24,296 nucleotides of DNA from positions 1 through 24,296 of the IMG/VR virus record IMGVR_UViG_3300037245_003526. The stretch is one strand, 5' to 3'. Below the pieces are notes generated by a model. The model made no database searches, was not told the DNA's origin, and saw only the letters and a list, made by a program, of their open reading frames with translations. The position numbers and the translations under genes were made by a program. Source of the stretch: a virus. Below are positions 23,898 to 24,296 of this stretch, piece by piece; positions within the stretch are counted from its first letter, which is position 1; the number at the start of each line of letters is the position of its first letter.

Positions 23898-24296
23898 TTA
23901 ATGATTGTTTTCCGCTATTATTATTAAATTGGGTGTTTCTATATTTATACCCGCCATATCCATAGCTCCAGAAAATTTTGTTCCAGAGATTTCACCATCA
24001 TTATCACCAATACCAATTGCAAAAACTGAATTAAAACCCTCTGCTTTTAATTCAATTATATTTTCTATAATATTATCATCAAAAGCTTCATCTAATGTTT
24101 TTATATTTGGAAACATCCAATGCTTCTTTTCACCTGGTTTATCTTCTCTTATACTCATATCAAGTTGTCGTATAAGGTCCCAAATATTGAATGAATAATC
24201 CCATAATTGATTATTAACCTTATCTTCAATTGTAGTTTTATTATTAATAAGAGCTTTATATAAATTAATCTTATCACCCTTAAATATAAAGATATA
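23898..24296 (-). CDS. hypothetical protein, N-terminus outside the window
   Basis: The ORF track starts at M (24158), but the same frame stays open to the window edge (...YIFIFKGDKINLYKALINNKTTIEDKVNNQLWDYSFNIWDLIRQLD-MSIRED...). The gene is therefore probably longer and truncated by the window. Confidence 0.65.
   Translation of the reverse strand, partial: YIFIFKGDKINLYKALINNKTTIEDKVNNQLWDYSFNIWDLIRQLDMSIREDKPGEKKHWMFPNIKTLDEAFDDNIIENIIELKAEGFNSVFAIGIGDNDGEISGTKFSGAMDMAGINIETPNLIIIAENNH

Noticed and set aside
20821-24198. Plus-strand ORFs 20821..21225, 22950..23354, 23640..23927 and 23905..24198
   Set aside because: They are antisense to the tightly coupled minus-strand operon genes. They are hydrophobic and low-complexity and have no start context.
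1-24296. CRISPR arrays, transposases/IS elements, rRNA and stop-codon reassignment
   Set aside because: No regularly spaced repeat array was seen, nor any transposase, integrase or rRNA-like sequence. All large genes are intact under the standard code, so there is no sign of TAG/TGA recoding despite the presence of phage tRNAs.

Overview
AT-rich (roughly 25-30% GC by hand counts), densely coding fragment of a tailed, myovirus-like phage genome. Standard genetic code. Strong GGAGG-type Shine-Dalgarno sites precede most genes, which suggests a low-GC Gram-positive-type host (inference). Positions 1-6257 (+ strand) hold a baseplate module: a gp25/GPW-like wedge protein, a baseplate-J/gp6-like protein and unknowns. 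Positions 6280-18820 (- strand) hold a tail-tube-junction-like protein, a 1042-aa tape-measure-like protein, an HExxH protein, the large terminase, a 490-bp non-coding region with a perfect 22-bp inverted repeat, an ATP-dependent DNA ligase and several unknowns. Positions 18.9-24.3 kb (- strand) are an accessory region and the most interesting part. It contains three divergent small acidic paralogs that share an N-terminal MK.K.DF[VI]TNSSS.SF leader. These are interleaved with a class I SAM methyltransferase, a lipoprotein, a DUF932-like gene and a 262-aa unknown; the last two have visibly higher GC. The region also holds an RNA cluster: a canonical tRNA-Ile(GAT), a tRNA whose 3' half lies upstream of its 5' half (permuted order) bracketed by an 11/12 direct repeat, and a 7-bp hairpin with G3:U70, A73 and an encoded CCA (alanine-acceptor-like) abutting the tRNA-Ile 5' end. 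I also flag a probable frameshifted coding continuation at a T6 run (about 1290-1488). No CRISPR array, integrase, transposase or rRNA was seen. All functional calls come from motifs read by eye; no database search was possible.
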